Below, piece by piece: positions 18,985 to 27,058 of a stretch of DNA of 64,000 nucleotides. The notes under the pieces are model-generated. The model searched no databases and was not told where the DNA came from. It was given only the letters and a program-made list of their open reading frames with translations. Positions within the stretch are counted from its first letter, which is position 1, and each line of letters starts with the position of its first letter. Where the stretch lies: contig CAWCUS010000002.1 of NCBI GenBank assembly GCA_963798845.1, positions 288,001-352,000 of the forward strand. Reading direction: 5' to 3'. The translations under genes and the position numbers were made by a program. This DNA comes from an uncultured Gemmatimonadales bacterium (GTDB taxonomy: Bacteria > Gemmatimonadota > Gemmatimonadetes > Longimicrobiales > RSA9).

Positions 18985-20003
18985 AGGCCGCTCTCTTCCA
19001 TGGCGCCAACCGCCCGCTCACCATCGAGGACATCCCCGTGCCGGAGCCGGGCCGCGGCGAGGTGCTGGTGAAGGTGGCGGGGTGCGGTGTGTGCCACACG
19101 GACCTCCACTACATCGACCACGGCACGCCCACCTTCAAGAACCCGCCGATGGTCCTCGGCCACGAGATCGCGGGCACACTGGCCAGCCCCGACCCGACCG
19201 GGCGGCTGCTTGAGGGCGAGCACGTGCTCCTCCCGGCCGTGCTGTCGTGCGGCCACTGCGACGCGTGCCGCGGGGGGCGGGAGAACATCTGCCAGAACGG
19301 GATCATGCTGGGCAACAACATCGATGGCGGGTACGCCGAGTACGTCGCCGTCCCCGCAAAGGACGTGTTCCGGCTCCCCGACGAGATCCCGCTCGTGGAG
19401 GGCTCCATCATCGCCGACGCCCTCACCACCCCCTTCCACGCGGTGATGAACCGCGGCCGCGTCCGCCCGGGCGACCGGGTGGTGGTGGTGGGGTGTGGCG
19501 GGGTCGGACTGAACGTCGTGCAGATGGCCGCCGTGGTGGGCGCTCGGGTGGTGGGCGTGGACGTGTCGCCCGAGAAACTGGCGTGGGCCGAGCGCCTGGG
19601 CGCGGAAGCCACGTTGAACCCGACCGGGGTGGAGCGCCCGGACAGGGCGCTTCGCGCCCTCACCGACGGCGGCGCCGACGTGGCGTTCGAGGCCGTCGGC
19701 CGCCCCGACACGCAGGCGCTGGCCGTGGACGCGGTGAAGACCGGCGGGCGCGTGGTCTTCGTGGGCTACAGCCCGAAGGCCATGGAGCTCAACGCCGGCC
19801 GGGTCATGTTCCGGGAGCTCGAGGTCGTGGGATCGCTCGGCTGTCGCCCGGTCGACTACCCGCGCGTCATCGACCTCGTCCGCCAGGGCCGCGTCGAAGT
19901 GACGGCGCTGGTGACCCGCCGCTTCACGCTCGACGAGATCGGCGACGCGTTCGACTTCCTGCGCAGCGGGGCATCGATCCGGAGCGTGGTGACCCCCACC
20001 TGA
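18981..20003 (+). CDS. had: 6-hydroxycyclohex-1-ene-1-carbonyl-CoA dehydrogenase (Zn-ADH, Had/BamQ-like)
   Basis: CGVCHTDL, LGHEI, structural Zn C..C..C...C, ADA.TTP, GCGGVG; operon context. Confidence 0.82.
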   Translation: MKAALFHGANRPLTIEDIPVPEPGRGEVLVKVAGCGVCHTDLHYIDHGTPTFKNPPMVLGHEIAGTLASPDPTGRLLEGEHVLLPAVLSCGHCDACRGGRENICQNGIMLGNNIDGGYAEYVAVPAKDVFRLPDEIPLVEGSIIADALTTPFHAVMNRGRVRPGDRVVVVGCGGVGLNVVQMAAVVGARVVGVDVSPEKLAWAERLGAEATLNPTGVERPDRALRALTDGGADVAFEAVGRPDTQALAVDAVKTGGRVVFVGYSPKAMELNAGRVMFRELEVVGSLGCRPVDYPRVIDLVRQGRVEVTALVTRRFTLDEIGDAFDFLRSGASIRSVVTPT

Positions 20004-20006
20004 CAC

Positions 20007-20310
20007 CTACGGCTTCGGCGCCCCTCCATCATCCGGCGGCGGGTTCTCCTGTCCGCCGTTCGGCGCCGGCGTGCGGCGCCCGTCGGCCGGCCGCGTGCCG
20101 GGGCCCACCGCTGCCCCCGAAGCCGGGGCGTCCACGGCACCCGCGGCCGGCGCGGTGGTGGTCTCGGCGGCCGGCGCGGCTGTGCCGAACGTGTTCGATC
20201 CGCCCCAGAGCAGCCATGCCCCGATGCCGACCGCCACGACCACCAGCGCGATCACCACCCAGCGCCAGACGTGGCGGCGCGGCCGCCGCTCCATTCTCGA
20301 TCTCAGCCAT
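20007..20310 (-). CDS. Small single-pass membrane protein, probably frameshifted just after the start
   Basis: SD GAGGAGG before ATG 20310 (MAEI..). The TM-coding frame RRPRRHVWRWVVIALVVVAVGIGAWLLW (ATG 20294 to stop 20007) is shifted by one base. Confidence 0.55.
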
Positions 20311-20311
20311 G

Positions 20312-21214
20312 TCAGTCCTCCTCTCTGGCCCGGGTGCGCCGGCGGGCAGCCGGCCCATAGAAGCGCTGGAGCGTGGTGCTCTGCCAGTCGGGGACCGTGC
20401 GCGGCTCCTCCTCCTGTCGACCAGCGTTGTCCAGGTCGTCCATCCCCGCGCGGGCGAAGATCCCGTCCACGTCGGTCTGGGCGCGTCGGCTCACGGGAAG
20501 CCCGCCGTACTGGGGGTACTCTGCCATGTCCCCGGCGAGGAGTCCGCCCACGACGACGCGCTTCTTTCGGCGCGCGAGCCGGACGCGGTCGACGGGGAGC
20601 AGGATGTGCCGGTCCACGGGCTCGAGGTCGAGCTTGTCCTCGTCCAGCGCCACGTCCAGAAAGCGAGCGCGCATCTCCGATGGGTCCATCAGGAGCCCGG
20701 TCACCCGGCCGACGTCGTTCCCGTCCGCTGTGACCACGGTCCAGCCACGCGGATCCTCGCCGGCCACGCGGTAGTCCTTCTCCAGGTCCGCCATGCGGCG
20801 CAGGTCGAGGTTGCCGTCCTGGCGGTCCTCGGGGGCGACCAGGTCGTGGTGAGCCCGGGCCGAGGTCCCGCCGTACACCGCGTCCAGGCGGCGCTCGAAG
20901 TCGGCGTCGAGCGCTTCGGGCTCCAGCGCGTACTCGGGCACCTCCTCGAGCCGCTCCCGCGTGAACCGGTCCACCCACACCGTCTTCTCCTCCACGTCGG
21001 CATGGGCGTGCTCCAGAGGCACGAGGACGTGCTTCTTCAGCAGCCCGAGGTCCACGTCGAGGTAGCGGAGGGCGCCGCTCCCGTCGAGGAGCATGTCGTC
21101 CACCTTCCCGACCTTCTCGTCGTCCTCACCCGTCCGTACGCGCCAGCCGCGCACGTCCCACGCTCCGTCCGGGAACGCGTAGTCGGACATGCGCGAGATC
21201 GGTCTCAGTGCCAT
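20312..21214 (-). CDS. Tandem PRC-barrel domain protein
   Basis: Two repeats of D.RGW.V...VG.V..L.D...R(Y/F)LDV; SD CAGGAGG. Confidence 0.85.
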   Translation of the reverse strand: MALRPISRMSDYAFPDGAWDVRGWRVRTGEDDEKVGKVDDMLLDGSGALRYLDVDLGLLKKHVLVPLEHAHADVEEKTVWVDRFTRERLEEVPEYALEPEALDADFERRLDAVYGGTSARAHHDLVAPEDRQDGNLDLRRMADLEKDYRVAGEDPRGWTVVTADGNDVGRVTGLLMDPSEMRARFLDVALDEDKLDLEPVDRHILLPVDRVRLARRKKRVVVGGLLAGDMAEYPQYGGLPVSRRAQTDVDGIFARAGMDDLDNAGRQEEEPRTVPDWQSTTLQRFYGPAARRRTRAREED

Positions 21215-21252
21215 GTTTCCTCCTGGTCTGGTTCCCCTGCCCGGAGGAAGGG

Positions 21253-21267
21253 GCAAGGCGGGTGCCA
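21253..21267 (-). promoter_or_regulatory. sigma54 (-24/-12) promoter of the PRC-barrel gene
   Basis: TGGCAC-CCGCC-TTGC on the minus strand, about 40 nt upstream of ATG 21214. Confidence 0.7.
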
Positions 21268-21350
21268 CGCCGTCGGACGAGGTTGCCGGGGCGGCGGTCG
21301 CGGTGGCATCATGGAACCGCGCGGCCCCGGATCCCCCCAGGAGCGAGGCG

Positions 21351-22352
21351 ATGATGCCCAGGACCGAGTTCATAAGCGCTGGCTTCCACGTCCCCGAGCG
21401 GGTGCTGAAGAACGACGATCTCACTCGTTGGTGGGACACGTCGGATGAGTGGATCCGGGAGCGGACCGGGATCGAGGAGCGGCACTGGGTGGAGCCGGGG
21501 CAGGAAGCGGGGTCCGACCTGGCGCTGCGGGCCACGCAGCGGGCCCTCGAGGCCGCATCCATGGACGCCTCCGAGCTCGACGCGATCGTTTACGCGACCC
21601 TGTCGCCGGACTTCTTCTTCCCGGGCGGCGGCGTATTCCTCCAGCGCAAGCTCGGTATCCGCGGCATCCCCGCCATCGACATCCGCAACCAGTGCACGGG
21701 GTTCCTGTACGGCCTCTCCGTAGCCGACGCGTGGATCCGAACGGGGCAGTACCGCCGCATCCTGCTGGTGGGCGCCGAGGTTCACTCCTCGGGGATGGAC
21801 TTCGGCCCCGAGGGGCGCGACCTGAGCGTGCTCTTCGGCGACGGCGCGGGCGCTGTCATCCTCGGGCCCAGCGACGACCCGGACCGGGGCATTCTGTCGA
21901 CGCACCTGTGGGCGGACGGCCGCTACGCGGAGAAGCTCTGGTGCGAGGCGGAGGCCTCGGCGCGCTTCCCGCGCATCTCGCACGACGACCTCGACGCCGG
22001 GAAGCATTACGCGCGGATGGAGGGGCGAGAGGTGTTCAAGCACGCGGTGGTGCGCATGCCGGAGTCGGTGCGCGCGGCGCTCGAGGCGAACGACCTCAAC
22101 GTGGAGGACATCGACCTCCTCATCGCCCACCAGGCGAACCTCCGCATCACCGAGATGGTGGGGAGGGGGCTCGGCCTGCCCCCCGAGAAGATCTACAACA
22201 ACATCCAGCGATACGGGAACACCACGGCCGCCACCATCCCCATCTGCATCGCGGAAGCGGTCGAGAAGGGGCTGCTCCGCCGCGGCGATCTGCTGATGCT
22301 CACGGCGTTCGGGAGCGGCTTCACATGGGGCAGCGCGGCCGTGCGCTGGTAG
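21351..22352 (+). CDS. fabH: 3-oxoacyl-ACP synthase III family protein
   Basis: TSDEWIRERTGI, NQCTGF, FGDGAGA, HQAN, YGNT, FGSGFTWG. Confidence 0.9.
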   Translation: MMPRTEFISAGFHVPERVLKNDDLTRWWDTSDEWIRERTGIEERHWVEPGQEAGSDLALRATQRALEAASMDASELDAIVYATLSPDFFFPGGGVFLQRKLGIRGIPAIDIRNQCTGFLYGLSVADAWIRTGQYRRILLVGAEVHSSGMDFGPEGRDLSVLFGDGAGAVILGPSDDPDRGILSTHLWADGRYAEKLWCEAEASARFPRISHDDLDAGKHYARMEGREVFKHAVVRMPESVRAALEANDLNVEDIDLLIAHQANLRITEMVGRGLGLPPEKIYNNIQRYGNTTAATIPICIAEAVEKGLLRRGDLLMLTAFGSGFTWGSAAVRW

Positions 22353-22358
22353 CGGAGG

Positions 22359-23363
22359 TCAGGGGCGCCGGGGCCTCAGCCAGATCCCGACCACGCCGCA
22401 CTCCGCCCCCGCGCCGCGGTAGCGGCTCGGGATCTGGCCCACGTGAAGGTATACCTCGACACCCTCGATGTCCTTTGGACTGAACACGTCGAGCGCGCGG
22501 ATGTCCCAGGGCGTTCCGTCCACGAAAAGCCGCACGTCGCACGAGTTCGCCCGGTCCGCGTAGATGCCGCATTCGCCGCGCTCGCAGTAGTAGCGAAGCC
22601 CCGGGACCGCGCGCATGAGGTCCATCATGTTCGATGGCCGGTTCCGCTCGATGTCCTCACGCCCGACGAAATACCCGCTCCCCTTCTCCTTCCGGTCGTA
22701 GAACGCGGCCATGCCCGGCGTGGTGAAGCGGCGGGCCACGGTCACCGACAGTGGCTGGAGCACCAGCGGCTCGGGATCGACCTTGACGCTGATGAGCTGG
22801 TTCTCCGTGGCACGGACGAAAAACTCTCGCGACAGGGCGCCGAACGCCAGGTGGCTCACCACCAGCGTCCGCACCCCGACCTCCACGTCGTGGAGCATGA
22901 AGCTCCCGTCCTTCTGGCTGATGTCCCACCCGTCCGCCCCTCGGACCCGCACCAGCGCCCCCTCCACCGGCCGGTTCGTGGACGCGTCCGTTACGTAGCC
23001 GGGGACGATCGGGACGACCGGCCGATCCAGCGGCAGCTCCACGCGCAGCGTCGTGCCCGCGTACGGTCCGAGCCTCCATGGCGCGCTCGCCACCTCGCCC
23101 CGGTGGGCCCGGACGAGAATTTGCCCGGCGGGCAGGTGGCCGCAGCGGCGGAACGCCCCGTCGTCGTCCGTGTCGAGGTGGAACACCTGGAAGGTGGAGT
23201 CGCGGGCAGCCCAGTACACGGCCACCACGGCGCCCGCCGCGGGTTCGCCGTCGACCGTGACCCTCCCGGCGAGCGTCGGGTCCGCACACTGCGCCCTGAC
23301 CGCAGCGACCCCTCCGCACCAGAGGGCGGCCGCGAGAACGGGGAGGGAGATCATGGTTCGCAT
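22359..23363 (-). CDS. Secreted protein with two carboxypeptidase-regulatory-like domains and a TonB-plug-like domain, no barrel
   Basis: Signal peptide; G.VTD..T.RPVEGA.V; FYDR...G.F..REDIE; FVDG; IEGVEVY; CGVV.IW. Confidence 0.7.
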   Translation of the reverse strand: MRTMISLPVLAAALWCGGVAAVRAQCADPTLAGRVTVDGEPAAGAVVAVYWAARDSTFQVFHLDTDDDGAFRRCGHLPAGQILVRAHRGEVASAPWRLGPYAGTTLRVELPLDRPVVPIVPGYVTDASTNRPVEGALVRVRGADGWDISQKDGSFMLHDVEVGVRTLVVSHLAFGALSREFFVRATENQLISVKVDPEPLVLQPLSVTVARRFTTPGMAAFYDRKEKGSGYFVGREDIERNRPSNMMDLMRAVPGLRYYCERGECGIYADRANSCDVRLFVDGTPWDIRALDVFSPKDIEGVEVYLHVGQIPSRYRGAGAECGVVGIWLRPRRP

Positions 23364-23460
23364 GGCGGGTCGGCCCCGGTGGCTTCTTCCTCGGTCTCGT
23401 CAGGGCCATCCGCACGCTAAGGCATGCCGCGCTCCCGGGTCAAGGCGCTGCCGCGCCGCG

Positions 23461-24360
23461 TCAGTGCGCGCGGATCACGCGATAGCGCGCACGCACGAAA
23501 TTGTCAATGCCGTATGCGGCGAGACCGGCCGCGACCAATCCTAGGAGCCACGGGACCCCCGCCATGACGTCGAGCACGCCGTTCAGGCCCCTTGCCTCGG
23601 ACGGATTGGCCTGGATCCCGGCGACGACGAAGAACCCGCCGATGATCCCGAGCACCACGCCCCTCGCCGCCAGCCCGAACCGGCTCACACGCACCACCCA
23701 CGGACGAGCTCGGGCCGAAAGCGCGCCCAGGGCGAGCTGGTCGTCCAGGTCCGTTTCCCAGCTGTTCCACAGCTGCTGGAGCCCGTACAGGATCACAGCC
23801 ACGCCGACGCCGACGAGGATCCACCGCCCGCCGGGCGCCGAGAGGAGCGTGGCCGACCAGTGCTGCGCGCCCCCTCCACCGCCGGTGCTCGCCCCGCTGC
23901 CCGCGCCCCCGACGCCGGCCCGGGTCATCCGCACGCCGGAGCCGGCGCCTCCGCCGCTTGCGCCGGCGAACACGAGGCGGCCTGCCTCGAAGCACAGACC
24001 CGCGTAGATGAGCCCCGTGATGCCGTAGAAGATGCGTTTCCCCGCGCCGTCGTTCTCGGGGTTGGCGATCAGGCGGTAGCCCTGCCAGACCACGTAGCCG
24101 AGCAGCCCGAGCGCGATCAGTGCGAGGACCACCATGCCCCAGTTGGAGCCGTCCAGCCACGCGAGCGCGCCTTTCGACCCCGTTGCGTTCCCGCCACCGT
24201 GCAGGGCGACGGCGACGGCCAGGACGCCCACCAGGACGTACACGGCGCCCTTCGCGGCGTAGCCGAGCCGAGCCAGCCGCTCGACCCACGGTGCAGCGGC
24301 CTCCCTGGCTTCCCTCGCCTCCGTCCCAGCTCGCTTCGCCGGCTTCCGTCCCTCGTTCAT
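23461..24360 (-). CDS. DUF1206 domain membrane protein
   Basis: LARLGYAAKGAVY and SRFGLAARGVV repeated modules; ARGLNG; RARYR end. Confidence 0.85.
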   Translation of the reverse strand: MNEGRKPAKRAGTEAREAREAAAPWVERLARLGYAAKGAVYVLVGVLAVAVALHGGGNATGSKGALAWLDGSNWGMVVLALIALGLLGYVVWQGYRLIANPENDGAGKRIFYGITGLIYAGLCFEAGRLVFAGASGGGAGSGVRMTRAGVGGAGSGASTGGGGGAQHWSATLLSAPGGRWILVGVGVAVILYGLQQLWNSWETDLDDQLALGALSARARPWVVRVSRFGLAARGVVLGIIGGFFVVAGIQANPSEARGLNGVLDVMAGVPWLLGLVAAGLAAYGIDNFVRARYRVIRAH

Positions 24361-24441
24361 ATCGAGCCTCCCCTGCGACGTGCTCCGCCGGCGCTCCGCG
24401 GGCCGGCGCGTATTGCGTTCAGGGGCAGGAACCGTTCCGCC

Positions 24442-24456
24442 GGGCACGCCTGTTGC
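24442..24456 (+). promoter_or_regulatory. Putative sigma54 promoter of the 24485 gene
   Basis: GGGCAC-GCCTG-TTGC, followed by SD GGAGAGGAGG and ATG 24485. Confidence 0.55.
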
Positions 24457-24484
24457 CCTCGGGAGAGGTGGAGAGGAGGGTCGC

Positions 24485-25153
24485 ATGGACGAGGAGCTGC
24501 TCGAGTTCGAGAACACGATCGAGGACGACGCCGGCCACAGTCACGTGGCCACCGTTCTGGGCCGGGAGCGGGAGGACGGGTTGTGGATCGGGTGGCTCCG
24601 GTTCCGGGCGCTGGATCCGCAGGCCGGCGCGACCGTGCTGGAGACCGGGCGGGAGACGACACAGCCGAACCGGAAGGACCTGCGCTACTGGGCCTCCGGC
24701 CTCACCTACTTCTACCTCCAGGGCGCGCTGGCACGCGCCCGCCGCCGCGCCGCCGTCCGTGTGCCGGCAGCGGACGCTGGGGTGAACGACGGTGTCGCGG
24801 GGCGCCGACCCCGCACGGCACCTTCAGGTCGGAGTGCCGGCCCCGAGGGAGGACGACGCCTCGACGTGGTGGGGGCGGACGACCACGTCGCCGGCGACGT
24901 GATGGGCGTGCGCGCGCCGCGGACGGGCACCGTCCGCGAGCTGCCCGACATGGGGATGGTGATCTACGAAGGCGTGCGCGGCGACGCCCACGCATTCTCC
25001 GTCCACTTCGCCACGCCCAACCAGGGCGCCACGCTGGCGAACTGGCTGTTCAGCCGGCTCCACCGGGCCGGCGCCGCCGTGCGCGTGGACGGCCGCGCCG
25101 TTCCGCTGACCAATGACGGGCTGTGCGACGCGCTCGTGGGACCGGTGCCGTAG
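24485..25153 (+). CDS. Hypothetical protein
   Basis: Strong SD; globular-looking sequence (W.GWL.F, RETTQPNR, YWASGL..YLQGAL). Confidence 0.7.
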   Translation: MDEELLEFENTIEDDAGHSHVATVLGREREDGLWIGWLRFRALDPQAGATVLETGRETTQPNRKDLRYWASGLTYFYLQGALARARRRAAVRVPAADAGVNDGVAGRRPRTAPSGRSAGPEGGRRLDVVGADDHVAGDVMGVRAPRTGTVRELPDMGMVIYEGVRGDAHAFSVHFATPNQGATLANWLFSRLHRAGAAVRVDGRAVPLTNDGLCDALVGPVP

Positions 25154-25154
25154 C

Positions 25155-25583
25155 TCAGGAGACCCGGTCGGAATCATGCGGGATTCCGGGCTCCGGGAAA
25201 TCGAGTGGAGTAGGGGGGCGCATCGAGAGGTCCACGGCCAGCCATACGAGCCGGGAGAGGGGATAGAAGCCGATCGGTCCGAGGATCATGAGCGGCGCGC
25301 CGATCCAGGCGAGCCAGCGCCACGGCACGTCCGGCCAGGTCAGGAGCACGCTCGCGGCGAGAAACCCGACCAGCAGGAGCTCGACCGCTATGAAGTTCAG
25401 AACGTAGCCGCCGAGGAAGAAATCGCTCTCGCCTCGATCGAGCTTGAGCTGACAGCGGGGGCACGCATCCCGCGGCTCGACCCAGCCGTCGAAGAGGCCT
25501 TCGGACGCGCACAGGGGGCAGCGGCGTCGGAGGGCCCGCCCGAGCATCACTCGGATCGGGGGATGGGGATACTGGTCGAGCAT
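25155..25583 (-). CDS. DUF983 domain membrane protein
   Basis: RRRCPLC...LF...CPRC followed by two TM helices. Confidence 0.8.
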   Translation of the reverse strand: MLDQYPHPPIRVMLGRALRRRCPLCASEGLFDGWVEPRDACPRCQLKLDRGESDFFLGGYVLNFIAVELLLVGFLAASVLLTWPDVPWRWLAWIGAPLMILGPIGFYPLSRLVWLAVDLSMRPPTPLDFPEPGIPHDSDRVS

Positions 25584-25637
25584 GGCAGGAAGATGGCGGC
25601 CGCCGACCGAGCATGGAACCGGAGAAAGGTCGGACCG

Positions 25638-26132
25638 ATGGGGAACGGGATGGTGACGGCGGCGGGACTGGGGGCGGTGACGGGGCTGCGCACCATGATG
25701 GGCGTGGCGTGGACGGCACGGCAGCTGTCCGCGGCCCCCGACAGCCGCTGGCGTCGGCCCGGCCGCCGCCAGCGGCGGAGTCGACTGGAGCGCTGGCTCG
25801 CGAATGATTCCGCGGCGCGCGTGTTGGGCGGGATGGCCGCGGCGGAGCTGGTCGTCGACAAACTGCCGGGGATCCCCGACCGGGTATCCGCCGGAGCGAT
25901 CTTCGGTCGGCTCACTATCGCGGGCATGCTCGGCGCGCTGGCGGCGGGTCCGGATGCGCGCGTCCCGGGCGCGGCCGTCGGCGCAGCCTCCGCGCTGGTC
26001 GCGGCGTGGGGCGGCTGGCTCGTGCGCGCGCGCCTGGCCCCCTCCGCCGCCCCGGACGCGTTGATCGCCCTCCTGGAGGATGCGGTGGCAGTCAGCGGGG
26101 CGCGCGCGGCGAGCGCGCGCCTCGCCCGGTGA
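25638..26132 (+). CDS. DUF4126-like membrane protein
   Basis: G..TGLRT, ELVVDKLP.IPDR, EDA.A motifs. Confidence 0.7.
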   Translation: MGNGMVTAAGLGAVTGLRTMMGVAWTARQLSAAPDSRWRRPGRRQRRSRLERWLANDSAARVLGGMAAAELVVDKLPGIPDRVSAGAIFGRLTIAGMLGALAAGPDARVPGAAVGAASALVAAWGGWLVRARLAPSAAPDALIALLEDAVAVSGARAASARLAR

Positions 26133-27039
26133 CCGCCGCGATCCCGGCGCGGATGCCCGGCGCAGCGAGTCCCACCGTGACTCCGAGGATGGCGCCCGCC
26201 AGCGCGTCCACGCCATAGTGGAACCCGCCGTATACGGTGGCGAAGGCGAGCGTGGCCGTGAGGATGGCGGTCCAGGGCGTGATCCGCGGTGCCTCCCGGT
26301 GGAGCGCCACGGTCACCGCGGCGGCGAGGCCGACATGGCTCGAAGGGAACGCGGTGCCCACGCTCGAGCCGACTTCGAGGACGCGGTGCGTGAAACCGAA
26401 CAGGAGCCCGCGATCCAGCGGCCCGTGGGGGATGGGGAACAGGTAGCGCGGTCCCAGAACGGGGAAAGCCGTGAAAAGCGCCGAGTCCACGACGAACATC
26501 AGGGCGATGGTGAAGGCCACGCGGCGGAAGCCCTGGCGGCGGCCGGACACGAAGAGGACGAGCGGCGGGAGTCCTACGAGCGCGTAGTACGACAGGTAGG
26601 CCGCGTGCAGCGGCTCTGAGAGCGAGATCCACGGCCACGCCGCCGACAGCCACTGGCTCGGCTGACCCCCGAACAGCACGGCGTCCCAGTGCTGGACCAC
26701 CGCGTCGTAGACCAGGGGGCCGTGAAGCACGCCCGCCATGAGGGGCGCCTCCCAGTAGAACGCCGGCGCGATCAGGAGGGGCGACCAGTCAGCGACAACC
26801 CGAGCCACCGGAACGCCCGCGAGCACGGCCCGGCCGGGGAACGGACGGTCGAAGAGGAGGTGCGCCAGGAGGAGGTGCGCCGCCACCAGGCCGAGCCGCA
26901 ATGCGTGGCCGGGGCCGGGCAGCGCCAGCACCGCGGCGGTGACGAGGAGCCAGGTCCCCACGAGGCGACGCGCCGGTCGCGCGGTCGACTCCCGCTCCGG
27001 CGCGAAGACAGCGGGAGCGCGCGGTGGCTCCCGCCTCAA
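26092..27039 (-). CDS. PAP2 family (AUR1-like) membrane phosphatase/phosphotransferase
   Basis: GPR, AFPSSH, HY.VD motifs; multiple TM helices; TTG start with SD GGAGGGG. Confidence 0.85.
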   Translation of the reverse strand: MRREPPRAPAVFAPERESTARPARRLVGTWLLVTAAVLALPGPGHALRLGLVAAHLLLAHLLFDRPFPGRAVLAGVPVARVVADWSPLLIAPAFYWEAPLMAGVLHGPLVYDAVVQHWDAVLFGGQPSQWLSAAWPWISLSEPLHAAYLSYYALVGLPPLVLFVSGRRQGFRRVAFTIALMFVVDSALFTAFPVLGPRYLFPIPHGPLDRGLLFGFTHRVLEVGSSVGTAFPSSHVGLAAAVTVALHREAPRITPWTAILTATLAFATVYGGFHYGVDALAGAILGVTVGLAAPGIRAGIAAVTGRGARSPRAPR

Positions 27040-27058
27040 CGTCCCCTCCGACCCCCTG

